Positions 1 to 8,741 are shown, numbered from the stretch's first letter. The stretch is DNA of 39,722 nt from Patescibacteria group bacterium (GCA_028870105.1 JAGWQI010000001.1:1-39722), one strand, 5' to 3'. The notes: generated by a model from the letters alone, not told the origin. Numbers and translations are program-made.

Positions 1-624
1 GGTCGAGGCGTAAGACGCCCCCACAAAGCAAATTTTCATGCCGCCGGCTGCCACGGCCGCCGGCTGCCAGGCTTGCTCCAAACTATCTCCCGTACCTTCG
101 TGCAGGATATGGTTTTGATCCAGCAGCGAACGCGTAAAATCCAAGCCGGCAAGTCCCTGGTCCATGGCGTGGTTATTGGCTAAATTCAAAATTTGAAAGT
201 TGTTATACGTCAGCCCGGCTATGAGCTGCGCCGGCGCGCCGAATACCAAGGAGTGGCCGCCAATGATCCCCTTAGAAGCCGGATCAAATGGCGATTCCAG
301 ATTGGCAAAGTTAAAATTGGTGGCGCTTAAAATGCCCGACATTTTTTCGAAGGGAACATTGTAGTCGCCGTGGATGCCAGCGGCCACGTTGCGCGACAGC
401 ATAATGTCGCCAACGGCCAAAAATTCGGCTGTGTCCTGGGCGGGCATATTGCCGCGTAAGCTTTGCGCCTGCTGGTAAAAATCGCTGAGTGTTTTGTTGT
501 TTTCGGCCGGCGCGCGATAAATCGAGCGGCGCGCGCCGACGTGGCGGAACACAAAGTAACCGCCGATCAGAACAGTAATCAGCAGTAAGGAAATCGTGAT
601 GGCAATTTTTGTCCGTGGGTTCAT
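1..624 (-). CDS. CapA/poly-gamma-glutamate synthesis family metallophosphoesterase, N-terminal membrane anchor; runs off the window edge (partial)
   Basis: Manual translation from ATG at 624: MNPRTKIAITISLLLITVLIGGYFVF...FLAVGDIMLSR...NFANLESP...LNLANNHAMDQG. The GDIM, NLESP and ANNH-x-x-D motifs are typical of CapA. Confidence 0.85.
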   Translation of the reverse strand, partial: MNPRTKIAITISLLLITVLIGGYFVFRHVGARRSIYRAPAENNKTLSDFYQQAQSLRGNMPAQDTAEFLAVGDIMLSRNVAAGIHGDYNVPFEKMSGILSATNFNFANLESPFDPASKGIIGGHSLVFGAPAQLIAGLTYNNFQILNLANNHAMDQGLAGLDFTRSLLDQNHILHEGTGDSLEQAWQPAAVAAGGMKICFVGASYAST

Positions 625-678
625 GATGTTTACTAATGATCAATATCCGTTTAGGTCAATCAATGCAATCGGAATAAT

Positions 679-1812
679 TTATCTGCTAAGCACATACTGT
701 TGCCCGCCTAGATTTTTAATTTTGCCCTTCATTTCCAAAAACGTCAAGGCTGAAGTCGCGTCCGCTAACGAGAGCTGGCTTTGCCGCACAATTTCGTTTA
801 TGTGCAGCGGTTCGTGGGCAACAACCTGGAGCAAGGCTGCTTCCGCCGGCGAATCATCAAAACCGCTTTGCGCTTGCTGCTGCTCGGGCCAGTGCTGTAA
901 ATTTAGGTCCTCGAGGATATCAATGGCGTCAGTGACCAACTTAGCACCCATTTTAATTAAATTATTCGGGCCTTGGCTCTGCTCGGCGTAAATCGGTCCG
1001 GGGACGGCATAAACGCCGCGGTTTTGTTCGAGCGCGTATTTGGCGGTAATCAGGCTGCCGCTTTTTAGATTGCATTCGATCACGACCGTGGCCACGGACA
1101 TGCCGGAAATAATGCGGTTGCGCGCCACGAAATTTTGTTTAAAGTTCGGCGTGAGTGGCGGGTACTCGCTCAGCAGCATCCCGCCGGTATCTAAAATCTG
1201 CTGGGCCAATAGGCCGTGAGCTTTAGGGTAAAGACTTTTTTCGTCCAGGCCGCCGCCCAGTACGGCAATGGTACGCCGGCCGCGCTCCACGGCGGCCTGG
1301 TGCGCTAGGGCGTCAACCCCAAAGGCCATGCCGGAAACAATTATCGCGCCGGCTTCGGCTAACGGGCCGGCCAAACGCGGCGTGGCTAGCCGTCCATAGG
1401 TTGTGACCATGCGCGTGCCGACCATGGCCAGGCATAATTCATCCCCCGGCCCGAGCGCGCCGCGATAGTAAAGCAGCGGCGGAAATTTTTCTGTTTCTAA
1501 AAGTAGTTTCGGGTAAGAGCTGTCTGTAAATGTCAGCAGGCCAATGCCATGCGCGCGCAACTTTTCCGCCTCGGCGTTTAAATCCAGTTTTTCGCGATGG
1601 CGCAAGAATATTTCGGCAATCTCGGGCTCAATGCCTGCCGCGGAAAGTTGCCTCGCGGTTGCCAAAAAAGCCGCGCGCCAGTCTTCAAAATATCGATACA
1701 GCTTCATTAGCCTCGCTGGCCCAAATTGCGGCAAGAGATTAAAAGCATGTATATATAGTGAGGCTGGCGCGTCCATTGGTAAGTTGGCTGGCCAATTAGT
1801 TATTTTTGTCAA
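679..1812 (-). CDS. dprA: DNA-processing protein DprA
   Basis: Motifs VGTR, IVSGMAFGVDALAH, NFVARNRIISG, SGSLITA and VPGPI, with a C-terminal winged helix. Start codon uncertain. Confidence 0.95.
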   Translation of the reverse strand: MTKITNWPANLPMDAPASLYIHAFNLLPQFGPARLMKLYRYFEDWRAAFLATARQLSAAGIEPEIAEIFLRHREKLDLNAEAEKLRAHGIGLLTFTDSSYPKLLLETEKFPPLLYYRGALGPGDELCLAMVGTRMVTTYGRLATPRLAGPLAEAGAIIVSGMAFGVDALAHQAAVERGRRTIAVLGGGLDEKSLYPKAHGLLAQQILDTGGMLLSEYPPLTPNFKQNFVARNRIISGMSVATVVIECNLKSGSLITAKYALEQNRGVYAVPGPIYAEQSQGPNNLIKMGAKLVTDAIDILEDLNLQHWPEQQQAQSGFDDSPAEAALLQVVAHEPLHINEIVRQSQLSLADATSALTFLEMKGKIKNLGGQQYVLSR

Positions 1813-1833
1813 AAATATGGGTTAAATTCAGTC

Positions 1834-1862
1834 TTGACAAAGTCATAAAAAAGGAGTATAAT
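1834..1862 (+). promoter_or_regulatory. Perfect sigma70 promoter with no downstream ORF
   Basis: TTGACA (1834-1839), 17 nt, TATAAT (1857-1862). Confidence 0.85.
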
Positions 1863-1869
1863 AATATAT

Positions 1870-2113
1870 AAAGCTATTGATTTATTTTGAAGGTTTTTTT
1901 CGTTTGCGCCTGCCGCCCTATTTGCAAGTTGCGAAAGCACGTGTCATCCCTCCTATCACGCGCTCTTAGCACCAAGTAAAGTTTCTAGGCGATTGTCTGG
2001 GATCTTTCACTTGCAGGTAGGGTAGCGGGCGCAATTTTGGTCTAACAAGCCAAGGTTCCAAAAATACCGCCTTGAAAAAATGTCTGTCAAAAAACGCCGG
2101 TAAGGCGTTTTTT
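1870..2113 (+). ncRNA. Candidate structured small RNA of unknown family
   Basis: Consensus promoter upstream, 26-bp stem 1904-1929/2009-2034 with G-U pairs on the + strand, internal hairpins, intrinsic terminator at 2089-2113, no + strand ORF. Confidence 0.55.
2089..2113. terminator. Bidirectional intrinsic terminator
   Basis: AAAAAACGCC-GGTAA-GGCGTTTTTT directly after the pth stop. Confidence 0.8.
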
Positions 2114-2661
2114 TAGTTTGCTAAAAAGTTAATGATTTCCAGTTTGGCTTGCGGCAGGATTTTGTCATGCAATTGTTTGAGTTCGTCGTCAGTAAAATTT
2201 TGCAGGACAAAGGCGTCGGTAGGAAGCTCGCTGCGCGAAGCGCGGGTTTCAATGCCGATGCGCAACCGTTGGAAATTTTTGCCGCCCAGCTCGTTAATAA
2301 TACTTTGTACGCCATTGTGGCCTGCGGCCGAGGAGTCTAAGGATATTCGGATGTCGCCGAAAGGCAAATCGACTTCGTCATGGATCACCAGCAAGTCTCG
2401 GGCCAGGTCAAGTTTGTAAAAGTTGCAGATAACTTTCAGCGCCTGGCCGCTGTCATTCATGTAGGTTTGCGGTTTTAAAAACAGGGTCTTTGCGCCGTCC
2501 TGCTGCCAGGTCCAGAGTTCGGATTTGAACTCTTTGCTGGGTTTGGCTGTCATAAAACCATCGCCGTCGTTTAAAATATAATCGATGGCCAAAAAGCCCG
2601 CGTTGTGGCGGGTGTTCTTGTATTTTTCTCCCGGATTGCCAAGACCGACGACCAATTTCAT
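2113..2661 (-). CDS. pth: Peptidyl-tRNA hydrolase
   Basis: MKLVVGLGNPG..Y..TRHNAGF, KPQTYMNDSG, HDEVDLPFG, GHNG, RLRIGI. Start set at ATG 2661. Confidence 0.97.
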   Translation of the reverse strand: MKLVVGLGNPGEKYKNTRHNAGFLAIDYILNDGDGFMTAKPSKEFKSELWTWQQDGAKTLFLKPQTYMNDSGQALKVICNFYKLDLARDLLVIHDEVDLPFGDIRISLDSSAAGHNGVQSIINELGGKNFQRLRIGIETRASRSELPTDAFVLQNFTDDELKQLHDKILPQAKLEIINFLAN

Positions 2662-2681
2662 GGAAGTATTATAGCAAAAAA

Positions 2682-4013
2682 TTAGGTTTTGTCTTTGCCG
2701 CGTAAGCGCAAAACTATCGGCGTGCCCCAAAAATCTAAGTGTTTGATAATGGAATTTTCCAGGAATTTGCGGAACTGCATGGAAATCGCCGCCGGATGGT
2801 TGACTAAAAGTTCGAACGAGGGGGGGTTGACATCGTACTGGTGCAGGGAAAAAACCTTAGGTTTTTTTTGGTCGCGCAAGAGTTTGGGCGAGTTTTTTTT
2901 CAGGGCCTGATTTAGGAATTCCGACAGGGTCTGGTTGTCGATTTCTTTGCCGCGACGCTCAAAGATCGGTTTTGTGGCCGCAATGGCTTCGCTTAGGCCT
3001 TGGCCGGTTTTGCCGGAGACAAAGAACACCGGGCACATCCACAAAAAGGGGAAATGCAGCGAGAGATAATCGCGCAATTTTTCTTGGCTGCCTTTGTAGA
3101 CATCCATTTTATTGGCCAAAATAACGCAGCCTTTTTGTTGTGAAAAAATTTCTTGGGCAATGCGTTGGTCTTGCTTGGTAATTTCTTCGGTGGCATCAAT
3201 GACAAAAAAGCAGACGTCCGAGCGGCGGATCGACTTAAATGTTTGGAAGCCGGAAAAAATGTCGGCCTGGGCCTGACGGTACTCTTTTTTCTTTAGTCCG
3301 GCTGTATCGATAAACGTGTAATTAATGTCGGCTATTGTGATGCGGCTGTCGATGGCCGTGCGGGTGGTGCCGGGCACGGGGGAAACGACCACGCGTTCTT
3401 CCTGCAAAATTTGATTAAAGACGCTTGACTTTCCAACGTTGGGTTTGCCAACAATGGCCACGGAAATGCCGGCGTTTTTAAGTTCCGCCCCGTTTGTTTT
3501 TACTTTGCCGGCCAGTTCGGCTATGGCGTCGAGCAGATCGCCTAAGCCCACGCCGCTTAGCGCCGACACCCCGAACATGGATTTAATGCCCAGGCTCTGG
3601 AATGCAGCCAGTTTTTCCTGGCGTTCCTTTAAGGCTTCCAGTTTATTGACCGCTAAAAGCAGCGGTTTTTTTTGTTTGCGGATTTTTTTTAGGGCGCTTT
3701 GGTTGATGCTGGAACGCGGCTGTCGGCCGTCGACGACCAGCAGCAGGATGTCGGCTTCGGCCACGGCCAGGTCGATTTGTTTATTAATGTTTTGTTCTAG
3801 TTCGTCCTGCCGGTTGTCTGTAAAACCGGCGGTGTCGACTAAGGCGAACGATTTGCCATTCCAGGAAGTGTCGATGTATTGGCGGTCTCGCGTGGTGCCA
3901 GCCAAATCTGAAGTCACGGCCAGCCGGCCGCCGGAGACTTTGTTGAGCAAGCTGGATTTGCCGGCGTTAGCCGGCCCGATAATGGCAATTATAGGGAGTC
4001 GTTTAGTGGTCAT
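2682..4013 (-). CDS. der: Ribosome biogenesis GTPase Der (EngA)
   Basis: Two tandem G domains (GPANAGKSS, GKPNVGKSS, DTAG twice, NKxD/E) plus a KH-like C-terminus. Confidence 0.96.
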   Translation of the reverse strand: MTTKRLPIIAIIGPANAGKSSLLNKVSGGRLAVTSDLAGTTRDRQYIDTSWNGKSFALVDTAGFTDNRQDELEQNINKQIDLAVAEADILLLVVDGRQPRSSINQSALKKIRKQKKPLLLAVNKLEALKERQEKLAAFQSLGIKSMFGVSALSGVGLGDLLDAIAELAGKVKTNGAELKNAGISVAIVGKPNVGKSSVFNQILQEERVVVSPVPGTTRTAIDSRITIADINYTFIDTAGLKKKEYRQAQADIFSGFQTFKSIRRSDVCFFVIDATEEITKQDQRIAQEIFSQQKGCVILANKMDVYKGSQEKLRDYLSLHFPFLWMCPVFFVSGKTGQGLSEAIAATKPIFERRGKEIDNQTLSEFLNQALKKNSPKLLRDQKKPKVFSLHQYDVNPPSFELLVNHPAAISMQFRKFLENSIIKHLDFWGTPIVLRLRGKDKT

Positions 4014-4043
4014 GTTGAGTTAAAAATAATACCTTTGGTTTGA

Positions 4044-5480
4044 TTAGGGTTGTTCGGGGATTTCCGGAGTCGGCGCGCCGCCCAAAACTACCACCACGTC
4101 GACCTTGCTGGGGTCGGCGTTAACGCCCGGCGGCGGCAGCGTAACCTCAGTGGCGTTTAAAGTATTTTTTAAAAATTCCGCCGTGGCCGGTTTAGGATTA
4201 ACCTGGTAAAAGATATTTTTGCTGAGGCTGCTGCCTTGATATGGTAACTCCCAGACCGTCAGCCCGGCTTGCTTGAGGGCGCGGTCTGAGTCCTGGTACT
4301 GGGCTGAATCGTGGTTGCTGGAGCTCATCCAGATGACGGCTTTTTCTTGGTTAAGCTTGCCAATGGAAAACGCGTTTTTAAAGAAGTTCTGTACGTCGGT
4401 CTCGTTTTTGCCCGGGCAGGGTACTAAGGTGTAGGCGCCGGTGTCGGGACGGATGTATGGGCAAATGAGTTCGGTGGCCGGGTCTAGGCTTAGCGACAAA
4501 AAATTGTTTATGTGGTTCTGTTTGACCAAAGAAAGAATGCGAAACATTTCACCAGGGGTGATGTTGGTATGGAAATGATCGGCAAAGATGTTCAGCAGGC
4601 TGTTAATTTTTCCCGAATCCGTAATCAGGTTCAGATTCAGCACTTTTTCTTTGAACGCCTGGATGACTTTTTGCTGGCGCGCGCTGCGCGCGAAATCCGA
4701 ACCTTCCGGCCCGTCGGCGTGGCGGCTGCGTGCGAAGATCAAGGCGCGCTGGCCGTCCATGTGCTGCCAGCCCGCGGTAAACGTTTGCGGCGGCAAGTAA
4801 CCGTTAGTGGCGTCGTTAGGGAAAGTATAGTCGGTGAAGGTGCGGTCAACTTTAACGTCTAGGCCGCCAATTTGATCAATGGCCTTTTCGAAACCCGAAA
4901 AATCTACGACCGCGAAGTAGGGGATATTCAAACCGGTCAGGTTTCCTACGGTTTGCATGGCCACTTCGCCGCCTTGGCCGTAATCGTGGTTTTTGAGGTA
5001 GCCGTCGGAAAAAGCCTCGTTGATTTTGGCTTCGTGAAAGGCGGGAATGCTGACCCAGTAGTCGCGGGGAATGGACGTTAAAACAATGGCGCCGGTGTCG
5101 GGGCGGATTTGCGCTAAGATCATGGTATCGGTCAAATACGGCCCGTCGTGGCCCTCGCCGCCGATTCCCAGCAGCAAGATGTTGACTTGGCCTAAGTCTT
5201 CGCCGACCAGCCGGACCTGCGAACCGCCGGTCAGCACTTCCTGGATTTTTTGGAAAAAGGACAGCTTGCGGCCGACAAAAATTTTATCCGACAGATTGAG
5301 GGCGCGCTGGACCACTATGCTGCCCAAAATCAAAATTAAAAGCCCTAAGATCGCCAAAATAATTTTTAGCGGGCGCTTTGGGCGCTTTGGGGAAGGCGAT
5401 TTGGTCAGCAAGCTGACATGACGCGGGCCAAGTGTCTGGATTTGGGGTGGCGGGACGTTAATGGAGTCTAGATTTTTCAT
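4044..5480 (-). CDS. LCP (LytR-CpsA-Psr) family protein with C-terminal LytR_C-like domain
   Basis: TM helix, NILLLG, TDTMIL, SIPRD, KINEAF, ARSRH, SDFARSARQQ. Confidence 0.93.
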   Translation of the reverse strand: MKNLDSINVPPPQIQTLGPRHVSLLTKSPSPKRPKRPLKIILAILGLLILILGSIVVQRALNLSDKIFVGRKLSFFQKIQEVLTGGSQVRLVGEDLGQVNILLLGIGGEGHDGPYLTDTMILAQIRPDTGAIVLTSIPRDYWVSIPAFHEAKINEAFSDGYLKNHDYGQGGEVAMQTVGNLTGLNIPYFAVVDFSGFEKAIDQIGGLDVKVDRTFTDYTFPNDATNGYLPPQTFTAGWQHMDGQRALIFARSRHADGPEGSDFARSARQQKVIQAFKEKVLNLNLITDSGKINSLLNIFADHFHTNITPGEMFRILSLVKQNHINNFLSLSLDPATELICPYIRPDTGAYTLVPCPGKNETDVQNFFKNAFSIGKLNQEKAVIWMSSSNHDSAQYQDSDRALKQAGLTVWELPYQGSSLSKNIFYQVNPKPATAEFLKNTLNATEVTLPPPGVNADPSKVDVVVVLGGAPTPEIPEQP

Positions 5481-5583
5481 GTTGCAATAAGCCAGAAGTT
5501 CCTTTATTATACCGTAAAGCTTGGCGAAAGTTAATAGCCGTTGCCAGTTCCGCTTGCTTTGGCCAAAAAAATAAGCTAAAGAC

Positions 5584-5612
5584 TTGCCATGCCGGCCGGC
5601 TGGTGGTATATT
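5584..5612 (+). promoter_or_regulatory. sigma70 promoter of the tRNA-Val/lepB unit
   Basis: TTGCCA-17-TATATT with an extended -10 TG. Confidence 0.6.
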
Positions 5613-5685
5613 TTTAGAGCCAAATTGCTTAGTTGTATACGTCGGGACAATTAGTTTAGTTGGCCATGCCGCAAATGGTTAATTT

Positions 5686-5762
5686 GGACAATTAGCTCAG
5701 TTGGTTAGAGCGCGCCGTTCACATCGGCGAGGTCAGAGGTTCGAGTCCTCTATTGTCCACCA
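5686..5762 (+). tRNA. tRNA-Val (anticodon CAC)
   Basis: Cloverleaf: acceptor GGACAAT/ATTGTCC, D-arm AGCTCAGTTGGTTAGAGC, anticodon arm CGCCG-TTCACAT-CGGCG, T-arm GGTTCGAGTCC, encoded CCA. Confidence 0.97.
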
Positions 5763-5767
5763 TTTGT

Positions 5768-5836
5768 GGCCGGGTAAATTAGAGCGCTCGGTTTAAATTG
5801 CAGGGGTCGCCGGCTTAAGCCCAGTTCTGCCCACCA
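5768..5836 (+). pseudogene. Degenerate tRNA remnant, possibly an ex-tRNA-Val
   Basis: GGCCGGG...TCTGCCC-ACCA acceptor-like ends, TTAGAGCGCTCGG, and GGTCGCCGGCTTAAGCCC T-arm-like segment, all with broken pairing and a deleted D-arm. Confidence 0.55.
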
Positions 5837-5906
5837 GACATCGGGCCCAGCGGGCCGCTGCGGCGTGGACGCACAACTTGAATTCAAAACTTATCGAAGT
5901 ATTTTT

Positions 5907-6512
5907 ATGGACGAACTAAAACAAAATCCTCAGCCTGCCGCCAATGGCGGGGGCATTAAGGCCGTCGCGGGGTTTTTTTGGGATCTGTTGAAGATCTTGA
6001 TTATTGCTCTGGTAATTATTGTTCCGTTCCGCATCTTTGTGGCCGAGCCGTTTGTGGTCAGCGGGTCGTCTATGCTGCCGAATTTTCACAATGGCGACTA
6101 CTTGATTATTGATCGCCTGAGCTACCGTTTTTCCCAGCCTGACCGCGGGGATGTGATTGTTCTGCTTTTCCCAAAAGACACCAGCCAATTTTTTATTAAA
6201 CGGATCATTGGCTTGCCTGGCGAGACCGTACAGATCAAGCAGGGCCACGTTTACATTTTTAACCAGCAGCACCCTGAAGGTTTTGAGCTCAATGAGTCTT
6301 ATATTCCCAGCGGCGTAATGACTTATGACCAGCCGGACAAAAAGGTGACTTTGGGCGACAACGAGTATTTTGTGCTCGGCGACAACCGGTTAGCCAGCAG
6401 CGATAGCCGGGTTTGGGGCATCTTGCCGCGTAATGATATTGTTGGCCGGGTGTTTTTGCGGGTGTTCCCAGTCGCGTCCGCCTCGGTTTTTCACCCCGTG
6501 AATTATCAATAA
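5907..6512 (+). CDS. lepB: Signal peptidase I
   Basis: VSGSSMLPNF (catalytic Ser), FIKRIIGLPGE (catalytic Lys), GDNR..SSDSR. Confidence 0.96.
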   Translation: MDELKQNPQPAANGGGIKAVAGFFWDLLKILIIALVIIVPFRIFVAEPFVVSGSSMLPNFHNGDYLIIDRLSYRFSQPDRGDVIVLLFPKDTSQFFIKRIIGLPGETVQIKQGHVYIFNQQHPEGFELNESYIPSGVMTYDQPDKKVTLGDNEYFVLGDNRLASSDSRVWGILPRNDIVGRVFLRVFPVASASVFHPVNYQ

Positions 6513-6615
6513 AAGCTTATCATGGCAAGATTAAAAAAATAAAATTTTGATATTTCGCTCAAAGGCAGGGACCGAATATTTTTGCGACTTGATTTTTTAA
6601 TCTGACCTCATTTTT

Positions 6616-7908
6616 ATGGGCCGACACAAGAAAACCCAGACTGATGGCGCTTACACGCCAAAAAAGATCCCGGCTCTGGAAGGCGCGGCGGACGTGATTA
6701 CCGATTCTGATCCGCTTTGGGAAGCCGTGCTCAAACGCTTGGCTAATATCGGCAAGACTTATGGTTTTGCGAAAGTTGAGCCGCCACTTTTAGAAGATCA
6801 ATATTTATACCAAAGTTTTTACCGGCAGAACCAGCTGCCGCCGGAAGTTTTGGCGGTAAGCGGCCCGGCCCGGCCGGCGGCCTTGCGGCCGGCAATGCTG
6901 CCCGGCGTGTTGCGCGGATATTATCAGAACAAAATTTTTGACAAACTACCTTTAGCCAAGTGGCATTATGGCGGTTGGACTTATCGGGTCGACAAAAAAG
7001 GCTTGCTGACTTCTAATTTTGAATACGGCCTGGAGATTTTTGGCGGTTTTACCCATTTGGCCGAAGCGCAGCTGATTGGCGCGGTTTGGGAGCTTTTAGG
7101 TTCGCTGGGATTGAAGGATGTGGCTTTGGAAGTGAACAATATTGGCGAGCAGGCTTGCCAGCAGGCTTACCAGGATAGTCTGCGTGATTTTTTGCGCGGC
7201 AAAAAGTATGATTTGTGCGACAATTGTAACGAGTCGTTGCAGACGCGCCCGTTGAACGTGTTTCGCTGCGCCAATTTGGATTGCCAGTCGTTGTTGGCTG
7301 AAGCGCCGGCAATTTTGGATTTTTTGAGCGAAGCCTCGCACAAGCAGTTCACCAGCATGTTGGAAGCCTTGGACGAAATGGGGATCCCGTACCAACTTAA
7401 CCCCGTGTACGCGGGGGTGGAAGGCTGCGCCAAGACCAACTTTGTGTTCAAGTACAAGACCAAGGACGAAACTTACATTCTGGGAGAAGGGGGTAGCCAC
7501 GAAGGTTATATACAAACATTGTGCGGCAAGCCGCATAGTTGCTTTGGATTTGTTGGCAGCGCCAGCCTGCTGAGGCAGCTTCTGGAGCAGAACAAGGTTA
7601 GCGTGTCAAAAGAGCTCCATAGCGACGTGTTTTTGGTGCCGCTTGGCGAATTGGCTTCCAAGAAATCCTTGCGCCTGTTTCGTGATTTAACCACCCAGCG
7701 CATTGCGGTGCATGACCATTTTGGCCAGAGCGGCGTTAAAAACCAGCTCAAGGCCGCGCAAACCCAAAGCGCGCCGATTGCTTTGATTATGGGCCAAAAA
7801 GAGGCGATGGAGGAAATGGTCATTTTGCGCGACGTAAAAAGCGGGATGCAAGAAGTAATTTCTTATGATAAAATAGTAGACGAGGTTAAGAAACGGTTGG
7901 GCAAGTAG
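6616..7908 (+). CDS. Histidyl-tRNA synthetase-like protein with degenerate catalytic motifs and retained anticodon-binding domain
   Basis: Overall HisS layout (YGF..VEPPLLE, LRP, EVNNIG, LCDNC...RPLNVFRC, C-terminal QLKAAQ..ALIMGQKE..VILRDVKSGMQ), but the active-site motifs are replaced. Confidence 0.8.
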   Translation: MGRHKKTQTDGAYTPKKIPALEGAADVITDSDPLWEAVLKRLANIGKTYGFAKVEPPLLEDQYLYQSFYRQNQLPPEVLAVSGPARPAALRPAMLPGVLRGYYQNKIFDKLPLAKWHYGGWTYRVDKKGLLTSNFEYGLEIFGGFTHLAEAQLIGAVWELLGSLGLKDVALEVNNIGEQACQQAYQDSLRDFLRGKKYDLCDNCNESLQTRPLNVFRCANLDCQSLLAEAPAILDFLSEASHKQFTSMLEALDEMGIPYQLNPVYAGVEGCAKTNFVFKYKTKDETYILGEGGSHEGYIQTLCGKPHSCFGFVGSASLLRQLLEQNKVSVSKELHSDVFLVPLGELASKKSLRLFRDLTTQRIAVHDHFGQSGVKNQLKAAQTQSAPIALIMGQKEAMEEMVILRDVKSGMQEVISYDKIVDEVKKRLGK

Positions 7909-7951
7909 TTTGGCTTTACCCGAGAAAGCGTTATAAATTAGCATTAGCCAT

Positions 7952-8287
7952 ATGTCAGACTGCGTATTTTGCAACATTGTAAATAAAGTTCTGGCTTCCA
8001 ACATTTTGCTGGAAACCGAGGATTTAATTGTGATCAACGATATTTTGCCGAAAGCTCCCGTGCATATGCTGATTATTCCCAAGAAGCATATTTTGTCCAT
8101 TAATCATTTGGAGCCCGAGGATGCCGAACTTGGCGGCAAGCTCTTGGAGGCGGCTAAAGAGATGGCCAAGCGGCAGGGGATTTCTGAAAGCGGCTACCGT
8201 TTGGTGTTTAATGTCGGCAAGGACGGCGGCCAGGTTATTCCGCACCTGCACTTGCATTTGCTTGGCGGCAAAAAGTTTACCGATTAG
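7952..8287 (+). CDS. HIT (histidine triad) nucleotide-binding protein, HinT-like
   Basis: DCVFC, PKAPVHMLIIPKKH, GQVIPHLHLHLLGG. Confidence 0.96.
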   Translation: MSDCVFCNIVNKVLASNILLETEDLIVINDILPKAPVHMLIIPKKHILSINHLEPEDAELGGKLLEAAKEMAKRQGISESGYRLVFNVGKDGGQVIPHLHLHLLGGKKFTD

Positions 8288-8302
8288 GCGGCTTGGGCAC
8301 CT

Positions 8303-8325
8303 CGGGGATCAAACCCCGTTTTTTT
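8303..8325 (+). terminator. Intrinsic terminator after HIT
   Basis: CGGGG-ATCAAA-CCCCG followed by a T tract. Confidence 0.65.
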
Positions 8326-8389
8326 ATTACTTCGGATTATGCCCGTATATTTGTCCCATTTTGGTTAGCCCGCACTGTTTAATGTTTTA

Positions 8390-8418
8390 TTGACCGTTTT
8401 GCGGAAATATAGTATAGT
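8390..8418 (+). promoter_or_regulatory. sigma70 promoter of rpsU-yqeY-ftsA
   Basis: TTGACC-17-TATAGT. Confidence 0.7.
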
Positions 8419-8495
8419 TAGTTTGATCATCGACCGCAGTTGTCAAGCAATTTAACTTTGTCGAAGGTCGCATCTTACAGAAAGAGGTGATATTC

Positions 8496-8735
8496 ATGGT
8501 AGAAGTCAAAAAGAAAGAAAACGAGTCGTTTGATTCCTTGCTGCGCCGCTTTAATCGCAAGATCCAGCAGAGCGGCGTTTTGGTGCGTGCCCGCAAAACC
8601 CGTTTTTTTGAACCGCCCAAGAGCCGCAATCTTCAAAAAGTTGCGGCCCGCCGTCGCGCCCAGATTCGTTCGCAAAAAGAAGAGCTTAAACGGTTGGGTA
8701 AACCCATGCCGCCTAAGCGATACGGCAGAAGGTAA
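8496..8735 (+). CDS. rpsU: 30S ribosomal protein S21 (bS21)
   Basis: MVEVKKKENESFDSLLRRFNRKIQQSG...RFFEPP; SD GAGGTG upstream; sits before yqeY. Confidence 0.88.
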   Translation: MVEVKKKENESFDSLLRRFNRKIQQSGVLVRARKTRFFEPPKSRNLQKVAARRRAQIRSQKEELKRLGKPMPPKRYGRR

Positions 8736-8741
8736 TCGGGA

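Noticed and set aside
6616..7908. Annotation as HisZ or as a normal hisS
   Set aside because: It retains the anticodon-binding domain, unlike HisZ, and lacks the catalytic motifs, unlike HisS, so no gene symbol is given.
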